From positions 7,812,001-7,876,000 of the forward strand of contig CM097887.1 in the NCBI GenBank assembly GCA_044892525.1: a stretch of 64,000 nt of DNA. The letters are read 5' to 3'. Positions 50,235 through 63,692 of the stretch are shown here, one piece after another. A model generated the notes under the pieces. The model was not told where the DNA came from and ran no database searches. It saw only the letters and a list, made by a program, of their open reading frames with translations. Positions within the stretch are counted from its first letter, which is position 1; every line of letters starts with the position of its first letter. This stretch comes from Schmidtea polychroa (taxonomy: Eukaryota). Both the position numbers and the translations under genes were made by a program.

Positions 50235-51230
50235 ATATTGCATTATCATTGCATAGTATGTGCGAAAGAGAATCCTAATACAGACAAAAAGAGTGTAGAA
50301 TTCAGAATTTAAGAATAAAAATAAAATAGAAGCAGATATCTGATCTTCAGTCATCTCAGCAGACTGTTGAAAGACGAATTGTAAAGATTGTAAACTGCAT
50401 TCGAGCAAATCATTTAAACTGTCAGCAATTCAAGTTTCTGTGAGGAGTACGATTGCGTACAGTATTTATTGGCTTAGTAAGACAAAAATTTTGACATGAT
50501 TCCGGAATCTAATACACGACATACAGAATGAGATGCAAAGTGGAAATCATTTTGAAAATTCTGTTTTCATTGCAAGACTAACATTTCTAACTGATATTAC
50601 GGATCAGGCACAATTTAAAATCTCAAAATCATAATCAAATATTGCCAACAAATACGAAGAAGATAAATGTGTTAGAATCAAAGCTGGACATATTCATCAT
50701 TCAACTGAAAATTCGAATTCTACACACTTTTCGATACTTTTAAAAGATGCACAAGTAAATTCATTTTTGGTAAAAAAATATGTGCCTTTTAAGCATGAAT
50801 TGGAATTTGTGTCTTTCTATGGTGTGAATTGTGGAATTGATTATTTTTCTTCTTCAAATTTTGGATTTATTTCGAATTTGGTTAAAAGTTTGTTTATAAG
50901 AATATTGCGATGGAACGAACGATTTTGGTTGACTTATGAACAAATGATTATTGATAAAAAAAACTGGCTTGTTATAATTCCTTTTGACTTGATATAGATA
51001 TCACTAAAAATCTTTTAAATGTTGTGATCATTAAGCTAACCTAATTTAGAACACACTTTTATTTTAATTCAAAAATTATAGTTGAAAGATCTTTGAAAGA
51101 ACTTTGAATAAAAAGCTACAAGTTGTAAACAATCCATCAGTATGCCAATTTAACAGCAAAAGGATGTTGTGCCAGAGAGAAAAGCTATAACATTTGGATA
51201 TTGTGAAATGAATTGAGAAAAACTCATTTC
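50235..51230 (+). pseudogene. hAT (Charlie/SPIN/GTF2IRD2-like) transposase remnant
   Basis: HCII.CIVCAK, VKIVNCIRANHLN.QQF, WLSK..IL and LTFLTDIT match the conserved hAT core; highly degenerate. Confidence 0.65.
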
Positions 51231-51471
51231 TCATCAATTGTTGATAAACAATAGATATTTATTTTGTAAAATGGGTATTTTATGTGTTAAAAAATTATTT
51301 TTTGTAACCAGTGTTACTTGTGATAGTACACAATTTTAGTTTTATTTAATGTTAGTTGTGATATTACACTAGTTAATTTAGTACACATTTTTATTTTTAT
51401 TCTATAATTATAGTTGAAATATCTTTAAAAAATCATTTTTAATAACATGCAAGACTTTTACAAAGACTTGA

Positions 51472-52003
51472 TTTTCAAAATGTAAAAGAGAGGAAATTAC
51501 ATATGCCATAATTTTTTAAATGCAATACAATAATTTTTTGGTGAGAAATCTTTCGCTAATGTGTCTAAGCGAAACCGGTTCAAGTCAAAAAAGATATAGA
51601 TGAAATTTTAAATGAAAATTTTTATGGAATAATTTTTAATGAAAATTTTAATGAAATATTTTTCAATGTTGATTTTAGATGCAAATCTTTGTGAATTAAT
51701 CAATGACCACATATAATTATTGGTTAAATATGAAAATAAGGGTAATATTTGGTTGTTAAGTAAATTAGGGTGTAAAATGTTAAATTAAGTAATAAATAGG
51801 TAAATTAAGGATAATTAAGTAAATTAAGATTCAAATTTTTTTATTAAGTATACAAAGAACATATACTTTTCAAAATGTAAAAGAAACGATATTACATAAG
51901 TCATAATTTTTTAAATGCAATACAATATTTTTTTGATGAGAAATCTTTCGCTAATGTGTCTAAGCAAAACCGGTTCAAGTGAAAAAAGATGTAGATGAAA
52001 TTT
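51472..52003 (+). repeat. Direct repeat of ~137 bp (51472-51608 and 51867-52003) with an internal hairpin tttcgct..agcgaaa
   Basis: Shared gagaaatctttcgctaatgtgtctaagc[g/a]aaaccggttcaagt. Confidence 0.85.
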
Positions 52004-52405
52004 CATATTCTCAAGTGTAGTCAAATTGATCAAGTCACAATATTTAAGCTTCATTACTCATAACAAAAGATGTTGCAGTAAATGAAGTTCTCAGTGAAAA
52101 TAAATAGAAATTTAATTTAAATGAAAATATATTCATCAACAATCGAAATTCCCGTATTCATGATGGTTTTGAAGAAATTGAATATAAAGTTGGTTTGCAA
52201 ATATTAAAATACAGGAATATAAAATGGACGAGAAATCTATCATAGCACTCGAACTTCATTGGGATTGTAATGTATTGTAATTCCTTTTTTTTGTTAGTTG
52301 TATGGTCCGAATGTAAATAACAATTCTGCACGTTGCACGTGGAGAAAGTTTTTTACCCTTTTTTTTAAAAAAATAAACTATATATCGAAAATTTACCATG
52401 GTAAA

Positions 52406-52757
52406 TTATCGCTATAGAAAATAGATTACAAAATATAAAGATCAATAAAAGAAACTATCAACAAGATTTTTATAAACAATTACTCAACTATTAAAGATCC
52501 AAAAGAATTTCCTAGCAAAACCATTCAATTATCAGATTTGGAATTTAAATTATAACAACTTTTCTATCTTCTATTCGGTTCTTATCGCTATAGAAAATAG
52601 ATTACAAAATATAAATATCAATAAAAGAAACTATCAACAAGATTTTTATAAACAATTACTCAACTATTAAAGATCCAAAAGAATTTCCTAGCAAAACCAT
52701 TCAATTATCAGATTTGGAATTTAAATTATAACAACTTTTCTATCTTCTATTCGGTTC
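52406..52757 (+). repeat. Near-perfect 176-bp tandem duplication
   Basis: ttatcgctatagaaaatagatt...ctattcggttc occurs twice in tandem. Confidence 0.95.
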
Positions 52758-52847
52758 AAATCCTTACGGATACTCAATACTCGTGAACGTCAAATTTGGA
52801 CCTTACTATCCCCAAAATATTAGAGACTAGTCGTGAACTATTTATAG

Positions 52848-53579
52848 CGGGAGTGGCCAACCGGCGGCCCGCATGCTTTAATATTTTGAAAATATAATAA
52901 AAACTTTTTAAAATACGATATAATACAAAAAATGTAATAAATGCAACACAAAGAATATATAGTTAATAATTACAATACAAACTAAAAAATTTTATCAAAA
53001 AAACGAAACCTAACCAATAAATTAAAAAGTTAAATTGCATAATTTAATAACTGTGTTACTCACTGAAAGACATTTGCCCTGAATAGTTAAAATGTAATGT
53101 TTTTGTGCAAGAATGTTTTTTGAATGTAAAGTTTTAAATATCTCTTTCTTTTCTTTTTTTCAGTTGGTAGCTTTACGAACTGTAGTAAAAAATTCAATAA
53201 TGGGCCGCCGGTAAATATTGAACAAAATTTATTGTTTATTTCATATTTTTATCTATTTTAACCAATTAGTTTTGTATGCTACATTTTGAAAATTTGCCCG
53301 ATTCATTATGCTTTATAATCAGGGCTATCAAATATAAATAGTGCCAGTTTATCCTGTACCTAAGAAGCATAATTTATTTAACATGCACGCAAATGCTTTA
53401 TTGTTTTTTTAGCGGTTGTCTCAGACCCCACTACGGGCTATTACTGCGCTTCTCCTGTTCCTTAGTTGGAATTAGCACAGAAGCATTAGTTAAAAATTTA
53501 CGCCTTTCAAACCTGCGGCCCGCCGCATTATTCAAAAATATTGTAATGACCCTTTTACCAAAAAGGTTGGCCACCCCTG
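52848..53579. mobile_element. Non-autonomous hAT element (732 bp) with 8-bp target-site duplication
   Basis: TIRs cgggagtggccaacc / ggttggccacccctg; ATTTATAG at 52840-52847 and 53580-53587. Confidence 0.92.
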
Positions 53580-55233
53580 ATTTATAGCCATAATCGAGGG
53601 TTGGACAATTGATAGATAAAGTACCTTTTTTATTTGTGTTAATATTTCTTATTGTCAGCTAATTTACATGCACGCACGCCAACTGTCCCAAACAGTTTTC
53701 TTTGCGGAGACTCTGTTGGGCTCTACAATCTTCGTTTACTCAGCATCACCTCTACTCAATATCTCCACATCGTTTTTCTTTTAAGGAATAAATAACTTAA
53801 CAGGGATTTTTATGTATTTTTAATATTACAATGGGTTTTCTTAAGTATACGTGAATAATTTCTATATTTTAAATGTAGGTATGTAAAATTTGTTCAAACA
53901 GGTGTTATTTAACTTATATAGACAGTGAATTTGAAATAATGAGGTCCTAAAAAATTACTCAAATTCGATCAAAAAAATGTGAGAGTAATGGATTCCTGTT
54001 GAACTGGAGTACACACATCTAACTACTGTCGGATTGACCATGACGCGTATGGCTATATAATCATTACATAACCCAGACTTCACTTAGCACATTATATTGC
54101 CAAACACATTATACAATATCAATATTTTTGTTGAATTAGGTGGTACCGTGGTCATTATTAGATTGATTGTAGTCAATCAAAATTTATTAATTATAAAATT
54201 TATTTATCTTAAAGAAATTTAAAAAAATGCATACATGTGTATAAAGTACATGTCATTGGCAATTGTTATGTATTTTCTTTCTAACTAGTACATGAGAATA
54301 TAACATTCTAAATGTAATCAAATAATAAGTGTTAATGATAATAACGCAATTCTATTGTTAGAAAAGTGTTGAATAAATTTGTTAAATTAAAATGTCGGTG
54401 ACTGAATTATGGTATTTGGTTGCAATGGCTAATTAATCAAAGTAACATATAATCGTTCTATGGAATTGTTACACATGAATAAAAATTATTGAAATGTGAA
54501 GCAACTTTCAGGAAACTTTCTCAAGTAACTAGTAAATTGTACTATAAAAAACTATTCTACTATCAAATATATTGTTAAGTGAAATAATTGACTGTTAATT
54601 GTACAACGACTTCAAATTCGGAAATATATAATCAAATCAATATTTACATATTACTCAATTCAAAAAGAGTGCATTATCAACTCGGTCTCAAATTAATACA
54701 AAATAGTATCCAAAAACTCAATTTCAAATCAATAATTAATTACAAATCAAAATCAAACCCATATTTGGACCAGAAATAGGATCAATCATGTGTCAATGTA
54801 TTTTCTAATGGGAAAGAAGTAACACTTAAACTAAAATTGCAATATTTATTGATAGAAATTTAATAGGTCTAATTGTAAACTGTGTATCAAATTTATCAAG
54901 TGTTTATGCTATTATCGAATTACTTCACCTTATTTCTGACTAATTAGGTAACTTAATATAACTGTAATTTTTCAAAAAACCTTTATTTCGGGCCCAGTAG
55001 AAATCCAGGACTTCCTTAATAATTAGTTTCAACTCTTTCAATGTGTTTATGAATTATATAACCAATTGTTTATCGAATATTTGAGTATGAAAAACAATAT
55101 GAATTTTTATACAATTTAAATAATTGATCCGCAGCTTAAAAGGTTGACTGCTCTTGTGGGGTTTAGATAAAAATTATTTCCAATAATATAATATCAACAC
55201 GACAAGACACTAATGATATCAACAATATTAGTA

Positions 55234-55285
<52 letters not shown>

Positions 55286-56769
55286 TATAATTATAATAAA
55301 TAATAATTATAATAATCATTTAAAAATCGGGCTACAGATAAATTATTTCCGGCCTAGTAAGGGATGAACTGCTTACACTAGCATGGACAGAGTAAATTGT
55401 AATCGATAATCCATTATCTGAATGCTTGACGATTATTCGCGAGGTTGTCAATGTGTGTATTGGTGGTTGTTCATGCATGTGTTGTATGCCTTTTCCTCGA
55501 TTGAGAGATTGGGTGTTCTCTAGTTTTTTGATTGGTTAACAGTTACAGCCAAGTTAAAATGACTGATTTACCTGTTCATTTTAGTAATGAATCAACATCG
55601 AAAACTCCATTAAACTGACGGAATTATTTATATTTTTTGTTATTACTTAATATCTACTGCTAAATTGACCGAGTTATCCGTTTTGTGTTTATATTTGTGT
55701 GCATGTGTTGAGGATGTATGGGTGTAATAGTTTAGTTATTCTGGGTGCAGTTGACAAATAAAAAATCAATTACCTTAACTCTATCGATATTTTTTCTTTC
55801 TATGAATTAACAAACAATTCGACCCTTCATTGAGTGTATAATTACACTTGTAATGTATGTAAAATGGAATATGTAATTCCACACGTTTATTTAGAATTAG
55901 CAACATGCGAGAGTATGTATGAGAAACAAACGAGGTAAATTTCTACGTAAATTAGCTACGGAAAGTTCATGGTTCTGGGTGTGAAAAGCCTCGTGGTCCT
56001 GAACGTGGGAGATATCCAAGATATAACTAATTGTAATGTCATTCAAAAAAAATGTTGATGTTATTATTTGATTATATAGCACAAATGATTGACATAGAAA
56101 AAATACAGATCTTTTTTACTGATTATTGCGAAAAAAATTACCGGTGAAGTGGTTTATGCTGTTTTTTATTAAAAATTGTATCTTTTCTTGTATTATTATA
56201 ATAATTTAATAGTCATTTTATTTATTCCACTGATCACATTATTAACTTTATTGATCAGTGTAATAATTTTACTTGACAGAATTAATTAATTTACAAATCA
56301 AATATTACTGGTATTTCAAATAAACCAGGTCATTTAATAAAAGATAATGTTCATTTAATACTATCTGTTTAACTGATTTTTAACATTTTGTATTTATGCA
56401 ATTTATTGCATATACCATTAATTTTATACCATATAATCTTTTCGTGCCCAGTGGGAATACGTAATCCAACTTTTGTTTTGCCCTAAGAAGACCATCTAAT
56501 ATCGATCAATAAAACCAGAAACACTTATTTGACAGTTAGTTATCAAATATTGTTTTTTTACGAAATTAGTCATTATATATCTCAAAAACAACTTTAACGG
56601 TTGATTTTAGTTTAAAAGACATTGTTTTACACATTTTACACGTGTGGATAGCGTTCAATTTTGAAAGTAAGTCATAAATGAATCTATAAATTTTTATATT
56701 TGTTTTTTTAATATTTTTTAAATATTTAATATTTATAAAATTTTTATTTAAATTTATGTTTATTTCTTT

Positions 56770-59700
56770 GAAGATGTCTTTCCTTACATTTGGAATTGGA
56801 ATGTATTTTCACTTCCTGAAGAGAATGAACTGTCTGACGTTGAAACTGATGATGGTGCCCGAGTAGAACCAGATAAACTGGCTACTACAACGACTTCATG
56901 GTTTCTAGAATCAGTGAATTAGGAAATAGTTGAAAAAGAAAATGAAATGAATATACCAGCTCCAATTCAGCCAGAAATGAAGGAGGATGTTCAAGATTGG
57001 AACTATGACTACAGTTTTTTTCAGTGTGACGCAGAAACCAATTTCAGACAAAATGCTAGTTTTGAGGAAATTTGTAGATTATAAAGCTATTGATGTTTTC
57101 ACTCAATTGTTTGATCAATTAATGATCAATTACCACACTTAAAAGATTATTGGAGTTCAGACTCATTTCTACGTGTACCAGCAGTTATGACAAAAAACTG
57201 ATTCAAAAAGTTGAGCGAAAATATTCATTTAAACAACTATGATAAAAATGTGGATCGTAGTGATCCTAATCACGATAAGCTACACAAAATGAGAACTGTT
57301 ATAGACAAACTAAATGAAAACTGTAGTAAAATTATAACACCATTATCATTTTTGTCTAGATAAATTGATGATACCTTTCAAAGTTCGTTCATCTCTGAAG
57401 ATATGCCGATGAAGTCAACCAAAAGAGGCTATAAAGTATGACGTATGGCATAATCGATATTAGGATATATTGTAAAGTTTGATACATACACTGGAAAGAA
57501 AGATTTTCAAATATCTCAATTTCAAATATAACATTCATAGCACCGAGCAGAATGGACAACCTGAATATAAAATTTTTTCCAATAACTTTCGATGAAGATT
57601 ACGAAGATGATTCGCTCTTACAATTCTTTGACCACTCGGATAGCGGAACGTGGATCTACCACAATATCAGTAATTATGTCCCTCAAATCAAAAAACGCTT
57701 CTCCACGTCTACAGCTGAACGCATCCAAGGAAGAATTATGGCGATCATCAAATTTCTGATATCAAACCAAGACCATCTGTACTCTGAAATCCTTCCTCGC
57801 CTGATAAAGGACTTCCAACTCATCCTATCCCAAGGACATATCTACTGGGAATGTGATCCTATTCGCTTTGTGGAGAATCCAAATACCAGCGATGCACTCT
57901 ACTTTGAAGAAATACTACTCCTTACAGGTCAGATCTATACGTATGGTACCATTGAGGATCTCCACTATAGTTGGGAACACGAATCTGGTAATCAATCTAT
58001 GCCACAGTCCAGAACACCTCTTCAAATGAAACCCATGCTAATCGCCAACCTGAGGCATACCCACCTACCAAAAAACGAAGCCCAAACAAATACCAACTAT
58101 GATACCAATATGATGCTGAACCACCTATTTCCCACCCCAATGAACAAAGAAAAGATTTACGATCCAGGAGGATAGCTCAGCTATGTATCATGTTTAAATA
58201 ATTTCAATATCCTTATATATTATGTATATTATGTACCCTTATTTATATTTAACTTTCATACTCATCTATATACCTTAATTTCTTATTATAAATTATACTC
58301 ATTAAACATACTACATTTAACTATCCTATATATACTAATAAATTTTCTATTTATAATTTTAATTATAATTAACTTGTTAATATTAATTTATATTATCTAC
58401 ACTATCTCTATTTACCCTTACTTATATTTATGTACTTTAATTTCTTAATAAATTTTCTATTTATAAATTTTTATTAACTTTTAATTTTAATTTAACTATA
58501 TATCTATATTTATCTATATTATCCATACTATTAAAGTTAACTTCTTATATAAAATTTATATTAAATTACATTTTAAATTAAGTAATTTTAAATTGAATTA
58601 ATTGATATACTTATATTTGTTTAAATTCCTAATTACTTTGGAAATTCAGATTTTCAAATATCTCAATTTCAAATATAACATTCATAGCACCGAGCAGAAT
58701 GGACAACCTGAATATAAAATTTTTTCGTCCCCCTACGGGGGACTAAAGGCCTTCACGCAGAATTTGATCCAATATTTTTTGATGAAGATTATATACGACG
58801 ATGACTCTATCCTACAATCCCGCCAATCCGACCGAATCAAATGAAACCCATGCTAATCCCCAACCTGAGGCATTCCCACCTACCAAAAAACGAAGCCCAA
58901 ACAAATACCAACTACCCATGTCAACTCCTATATTATGAAGCCTTTCCTTATATGATGCTGAATCACCTATTTCCCACCCCAATGAACAAAGAAAACGAAG
59001 CCCAAACAAATACCAACTACCCATGTCAACTCCTATATTATGAAGCCTTTTCTTATATGATGCTGAACCACCTATTTCCCACCCCAATGAACAAAGAAAA
59101 CGAAGCCCAAACACATACCAAATACCCATTTAAATTCGGCCGACTCACAGCAAATAACTTGAATGAATTTAATCCAATATTTTTTGATGAAGATTATATA
59201 CGACGACTATACCCCAGAAGCCACAACCCAACCAAGCCAACCAGTTTTTGTTTTTCTTGCCTCATTCTCATATGTGTGTTTATCTATATTCATTCCTATA
59301 ATTGCTTACTTCTATTTAATATTTGTAACCCTACCAATACCACCATCGACTAACCAATACCTATACCAACTACCAAAAACTCACCAACTATATCCTATAT
59401 ATAATACTGTATGTCCATGCATAACCTTATTTATACCCAAAATATCTTTATTATATTGTAGTGGAGCTTGTCTCAAGAAGCTTCAACATCAACCATTCAG
59501 ACCTCTCGTTTAACGCCTGAGCACCTGCTCAGCGTTCGCCAGATAACAGAAAAAAAAGCTTTAGATTTCAAAGGGTCGAGAATATCTCCCCTTATGCCCT
59601 TATGGGCCTGATGGTTTAATAAAATAAACTTTGATTTTTTTTGTCACACATTTAAGTAAAGAAACAGCATTAGGTGAATGAAATGTTTTAAAATTTGACT

Positions 59701-60340
59701 ATTGAGATATTTAATCGTAGTCTGACAATTTTTTCACAAGTTCAAAAATGTTCAAATTAATGTCAAAGAATTACTAGGAAAGATTTGCATCCATCCAATA
59801 TTTAAAATAAAGAAATACTACGAGGGGATTGTTAATATCAAAAAGAGGACAACTTGCGGCCCTCCGTTAGATGGATAATAAACTAGTCCATTTTTATCGA
59901 TAATATATAATCCTCGTGATACCACCACTGCACAAATAAAAATGATCAAACGCTTCTTTAACGTATCACAAAATTATGTGCGTATTGGATTTATTTGATC
60001 AATACCATGAACGGTATTCTATTGATGGACGATCTGTAAAGTGGTGGCATCACATTATGTACTACTTGATAGATATTTCCATTGTAAATGGATCTTTTAA
60101 TATAAAAGAAAAAAAGAAAAATAAAGAATATCAATTGTCATTTCTTTGGCACGAAAAATTGATACTAGCTAATAAAGGTCGTGTACCAGATGATGTAAGT
60201 AAACACATGCATTTGAAGAGTGACATATAGAAGATGAAAACTCTGCATTAAAAAAGGTCAAGAGAAACGAACAAGGTTTATGAGTAAGAGCTGATATGTG
60301 CCATTATGCATTTCACCACATGTTGATATATTTCATAATA
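56770..60340 (+). mobile_element. Degenerate piggyBac (PGBD-like) transposase split by a ~2.1-kb insertion
   Basis: DYWSS..VMTKN.F..IHLNN..DKLHKMR..K.TKRGYKV..GYIVKF.TYTGK (57140-57500); DLFDQY..YSI..RSVKWW..LIDISIVN (59976-60100); Cys-rich tail remnant ending FHNK*. Confidence 0.85.
57552..58175 (+). CDS. Unknown 207-aa ORF inside the piggyBac-interrupting insertion
   Basis: Intact C-rich ORF; its 5' leader and 3' end are re-duplicated at 58650-58725 and 58840-59120. Confidence 0.45.
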   Translation: MDNLNIKFFPITFDEDYEDDSLLQFFDHSDSGTWIYHNISNYVPQIKKRFSTSTAERIQGRIMAIIKFLISNQDHLYSEILPRLIKDFQLILSQGHIYWECDPIRFVENPNTSDALYFEEILLLTGQIYTYGTIEDLHYSWEHESGNQSMPQSRTPLQMKPMLIANLRHTHLPKNEAQTNTNYDTNMMLNHLFPTPMNKEKIYDPGG

Positions 60341-60884
60341 AATAATTTTTATTGTATTTTTATATTCATTTCAATTGTAATTAAATGTAATTGTAGTGCC
60401 TTCGCCTTACGTCTACATATTTAAATGTTTAATTTATTTAAATATAGATAAAATATAAAAACTTTTGTTTAAATAACGGAAAATAAAGAAACATTCAATA
60501 TTCAAAATGCAGTGCAAGAAGCAGAAGCTGAAGAAAAGAAAAAAATTAAATCTTGTTATGAATAAAATAATAATATTATTAAAATATTAAATCCCAAAAA
60601 AAATAAATTGGTCACGAAATGCTTATAGGTAAATTATTTTTTTTATAATTTCAATTTTTAAAATATCATTAGTGTATATAGTGAATTACTTTTAAAATTA
60701 TACAACCCGACATTTTTTGCAATTTATATATAATGTTGCTGAATTTTACAACACCATAAAGGGCGTACTGATCCGCGAAAATGAAACTTTTTCTGGCGTA
60801 TTCTTGAGTGCATTTATGCCACATAAGAATTTGTATTTATCCGTTTTAGAATCTGTATAATTTAGTGTATCACAGGGTTATTAA

Positions 60885-61000
60885 TAATTATAAAGAATTT
60901 ATTAATCAATATAAATAATTTATTAATCATTATAAAGAATTTATTAATCATTATAAAGAATTTATTAATCATTTTAAAGAATTTATTAATAATTATAAAG
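60885..61000. repeat. ~20-bp minisatellite (attaatcattataaagaattt)
   Basis: Five to six tandem copies. Confidence 0.85.
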
Positions 61001-61080
61001 GAAAATCATAAAGAACCCATGTGCCCTGAACACAAAAATGCATTTACGAATATCCTCGGCTTAGAGAACAATCAAATAAT

Positions 61081-61334
61081 CCCAGGAAAAGAAGAACAGT
61101 CATCACGCAAAAAACTTTTGAACTTTTGAAGGACATGAAGTCTGAAGGTGATGAAGTTTCAAAAATGGCGAGAGTGTTGAAGATTTCGAATAAGTCTGTA
61201 TATAAATGGCTAAAATTTAACAGGCTGGCGATTTAGATTTTATAAAAATATTCAGTTCAAGAAACCTGGAAGAGCAGCCCTTGGTATTACAGAAAAAGTT
61301 CTTAAGGTTGGGGAATGCATTCAACACTATAATT
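61081..61334 (+). pseudogene. Tc1/IS630-like transposase N-terminal HTH remnant
   Basis: PRKRRTVIT..VSKMARVLKISNKSVYKWLK..KKPGR; truncated at a hAT-like end. Confidence 0.4.
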
Positions 61335-61440
61335 CAGTGTTTCGAACCCGAACCCGAACCCAAAACCCGCTCCGGTTCAAACAAATTTGTGAACCCGAAC
61401 CGAACCCGAACCCATTCAAAAACCGGGTTCAGGTTCAATA
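61335..61440 (+). mobile_element. hAT-like terminus with (GAACCC)n subterminal repeats
   Basis: CAGTGTTTCGAACCCGAACCCGAACCC..; partner end not found. Confidence 0.5.
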
Positions 61441-62344
61441 AAAAAAACATTTTTTAAATTTTTTTTGAGAAATTTTTTATTCCTGAATAACACAAAAAAT
61501 GAAAAAATGTATTTTTTATCTAAGAAACATTTTTCTTATTTTTTGTTAGTTTCTCAGAACATGAATATTCCGTAAATCGTGCGTGAATGAACATGAACAA
61601 ATTTACATTTGGTTTTGTATTGATTACATCGTCGCGATTTATGTATATTATTTTTATCATTTTCATCTAGTGTTCATCAAATCTAGATTGTTGTTATAGT
61701 GATTGTATTATTTTCTCCATTTTCAAATTAAATTTAAAAATCAGAAAGAAAAATTATTCCAATTTCAACAGTCAAAGAAATTTGTAGCCTGATTATTATA
61801 CTATTATTTAAAAAGTGTGTAATATTTAAAAAAGTGTGATGCTAAATAAATTAATTAATTGAAAATAAATATTAAAAAATTAAAAATACTGTATCACAGA
61901 AAAAACTTGGATAAAACATTAAGGTAACTATAACTAACTACAACTTATGTATGCATTTGTTTTATTCCAGCGCGGTTTTTATAATTAATTTTTTTTTAAC
62001 TTGCGAATATATTTCTTCGAATATATTGGTGGGTTACAGGTACTGAAAAATCTTTACCCCCTCATGCTGTTTCCAGCGTAACCCAGAATACAATTTATAG
62101 CTGACCACTTGATACCCGTTGAGCAATCAACGTTGGTACTGTATCAAGGGCTTGGGCACTAGCAAAAAGTGAGCATGCTTAGCATACTATAATTGTCTAG
62201 TACCCACTGGGGTTCACGGACTGCCGATAGAAGGCCTATGTCCGTTTTTCTTTGTCCCTATTCCGAAAATCAACATTATGGCAAATTCGAAATACCCAGA
62301 TATGAATACACCCATAATATTTATTCACAACACAAAATCAAAAC

Positions 62345-62806
62345 TCATAGGGTTATAGTCGGTTCTTTCGGTGCAGACTCTGACGAAGTAGCCTTGAGCG
62401 TCGCTTGGGCCTGACAGGCTTGGCGGATTTTCGCCCGCGCCGCTTTACCCGGCCGGATCTTCTTCTTCGGGATCTTCGACGCTGCGCATTCCTTTCGTTG
62501 GTGGAGCAGCTCATCCATAGGCCGGATCCTGGAGATGACCTCTCGATCAAGGTTTTGTTGGTGCGACTGGACTTCTAGCTCTCTCACCCTCAGGCGGAGG
62601 GCCCGCAACTCAACTTGATCTTGGGCGCTCTGGAGTTGCAACTGGGTGATGAGTTTCATTCGCTTCTTCATCTCTGTGGGCGGGAACCAGGTGCCCTCGA
62701 AGTTTCGGCAATGGGCCCTAAGTCGCATTAACTTGGCCCGATACTCTTCTACCTGTTGTTGCGCCCTCTCTCTGTCGGCTCTCATTTCTTCCAGGAGTTT
62801 TATCAC
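62345..62806 (-). CDS. Family B protein, diverged copy (last exon; upstream exon unknown)
   Basis: Open 153-aa frame, coiled coil, NFEGTWFPPTEMKK, basic tail; acceptor atttcAG at 62807-62806. Confidence 0.65.
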   Translation of the reverse strand: MIKLLEEMRADRERAQQQVEEYRAKLMRLRAHCRNFEGTWFPPTEMKKRMKLITQLQLQSAQDQVELRALRLRVRELEVQSHQQNLDREVISRIRPMDELLHQRKECAASKIPKKKIRPGKAARAKIRQACQAQATLKATSSESAPKEPTITL

Positions 62807-63233
62807 TGAAATAAATAAAAATTAGTATCTTTTCACACTTTCGTCAAGTATCCACGTTATATCGCTAACACCATTGTGGCAAAAGTTATAATCTCCCCGT
62901 CGCAGCCCGCATCCGTGCGCACCTAAACCCCAACTCCGGTCTTAGGAGTTTCACTAAGATGTTATGAGGTTGGTGATAATAGTCAACATCTAAAGGAATA
63001 CCAGTATATACGTATACAATAAGGAAATTCGAACAATTAACTTAATATTAATAAACAAAACATAAAATAACAACATTTTCACATAAGTTAAGAGAAAATC
63101 AAATGCAGAATTGCAAGACAATCACACTTTACACTGCGATGATAACGAAGTCGAGACATGCTAATCATTATAGTGAGTAAGAGTCCACTCGAAGTCGTAT
63201 CACAAGGCGCGGATATTTGGCCCGGCGATTATC

Positions 63234-63692
63234 TTAGTTGAATTGGGCGGTTTTCAGCGGACGCCCACGTTTTCTCGCCGGTTCCGCTCCCCGTCGAGAA
63301 GTTCCTAAGTACTCCAGCTCCCGGCGAAGAGCTGCGGTCCGCTTTGGGTGGCACTGGGCTCGGGCGTAGCCGTCGATGTCTTCCAACTCGCCGGCCAGGA
63401 CTGATGTTTCGAGCCGGTCCAGCCGGTCCACCGCCTCCTTCACATTGTCGAAGGCGTCACTCAGAGCCAGTGACGTATAATTAATATACGGTTCGATCTT
63501 CGGGGTCACTGGAACCACATTTTGATAGGTCCAATCGTGGATTTTGTACCATATCCACCGGGACCTTAGGCGGGCAACCTCTGCATCTTCCCGTAGTCGT
63601 ACGGCTTCGTCTGTTTCCTCGCTTGGTGGTCCGCGGCTTGAATCGGAGGATGAGGGTCCGGCCTGTGCGTTCCATATCATGGTGTTGGGCAT
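63234..63692 (-). CDS. Family A protein (152 aa) with AT-hook-like RKRGRP tail
   Basis: Intact GC-rich ORF homologous to 3682-4047; acceptor ttacAG 2 nt before the ATG. Confidence 0.7.
   Translation of the reverse strand: MPNTMIWNAQAGPSSSDSSRGPPSEETDEAVRLREDAEVARLRSRWIWYKIHDWTYQNVVPVTPKIEPYINYTSLALSDAFDNVKEAVDRLDRLETSVLAGELEDIDGYARAQCHPKRTAALRRELEYLGTSRRGAEPARKRGRPLKTAQFN

Noticed and set aside
51535-51995. Penelope-type hammerhead-like motif (TGATGAG..GCGAAACCGG) in a duplicated block
   Set aside because: Both copies lack C3, each has another core mutation, and the GAAA is sequestered in a tttcgct/agcgaaa stem.
55330-55520. Possible Penelope GIY-YIG 3' end (LNRGKG) and ribozyme
   Set aside because: The match is only a few residues and there is no hammerhead core on either strand.
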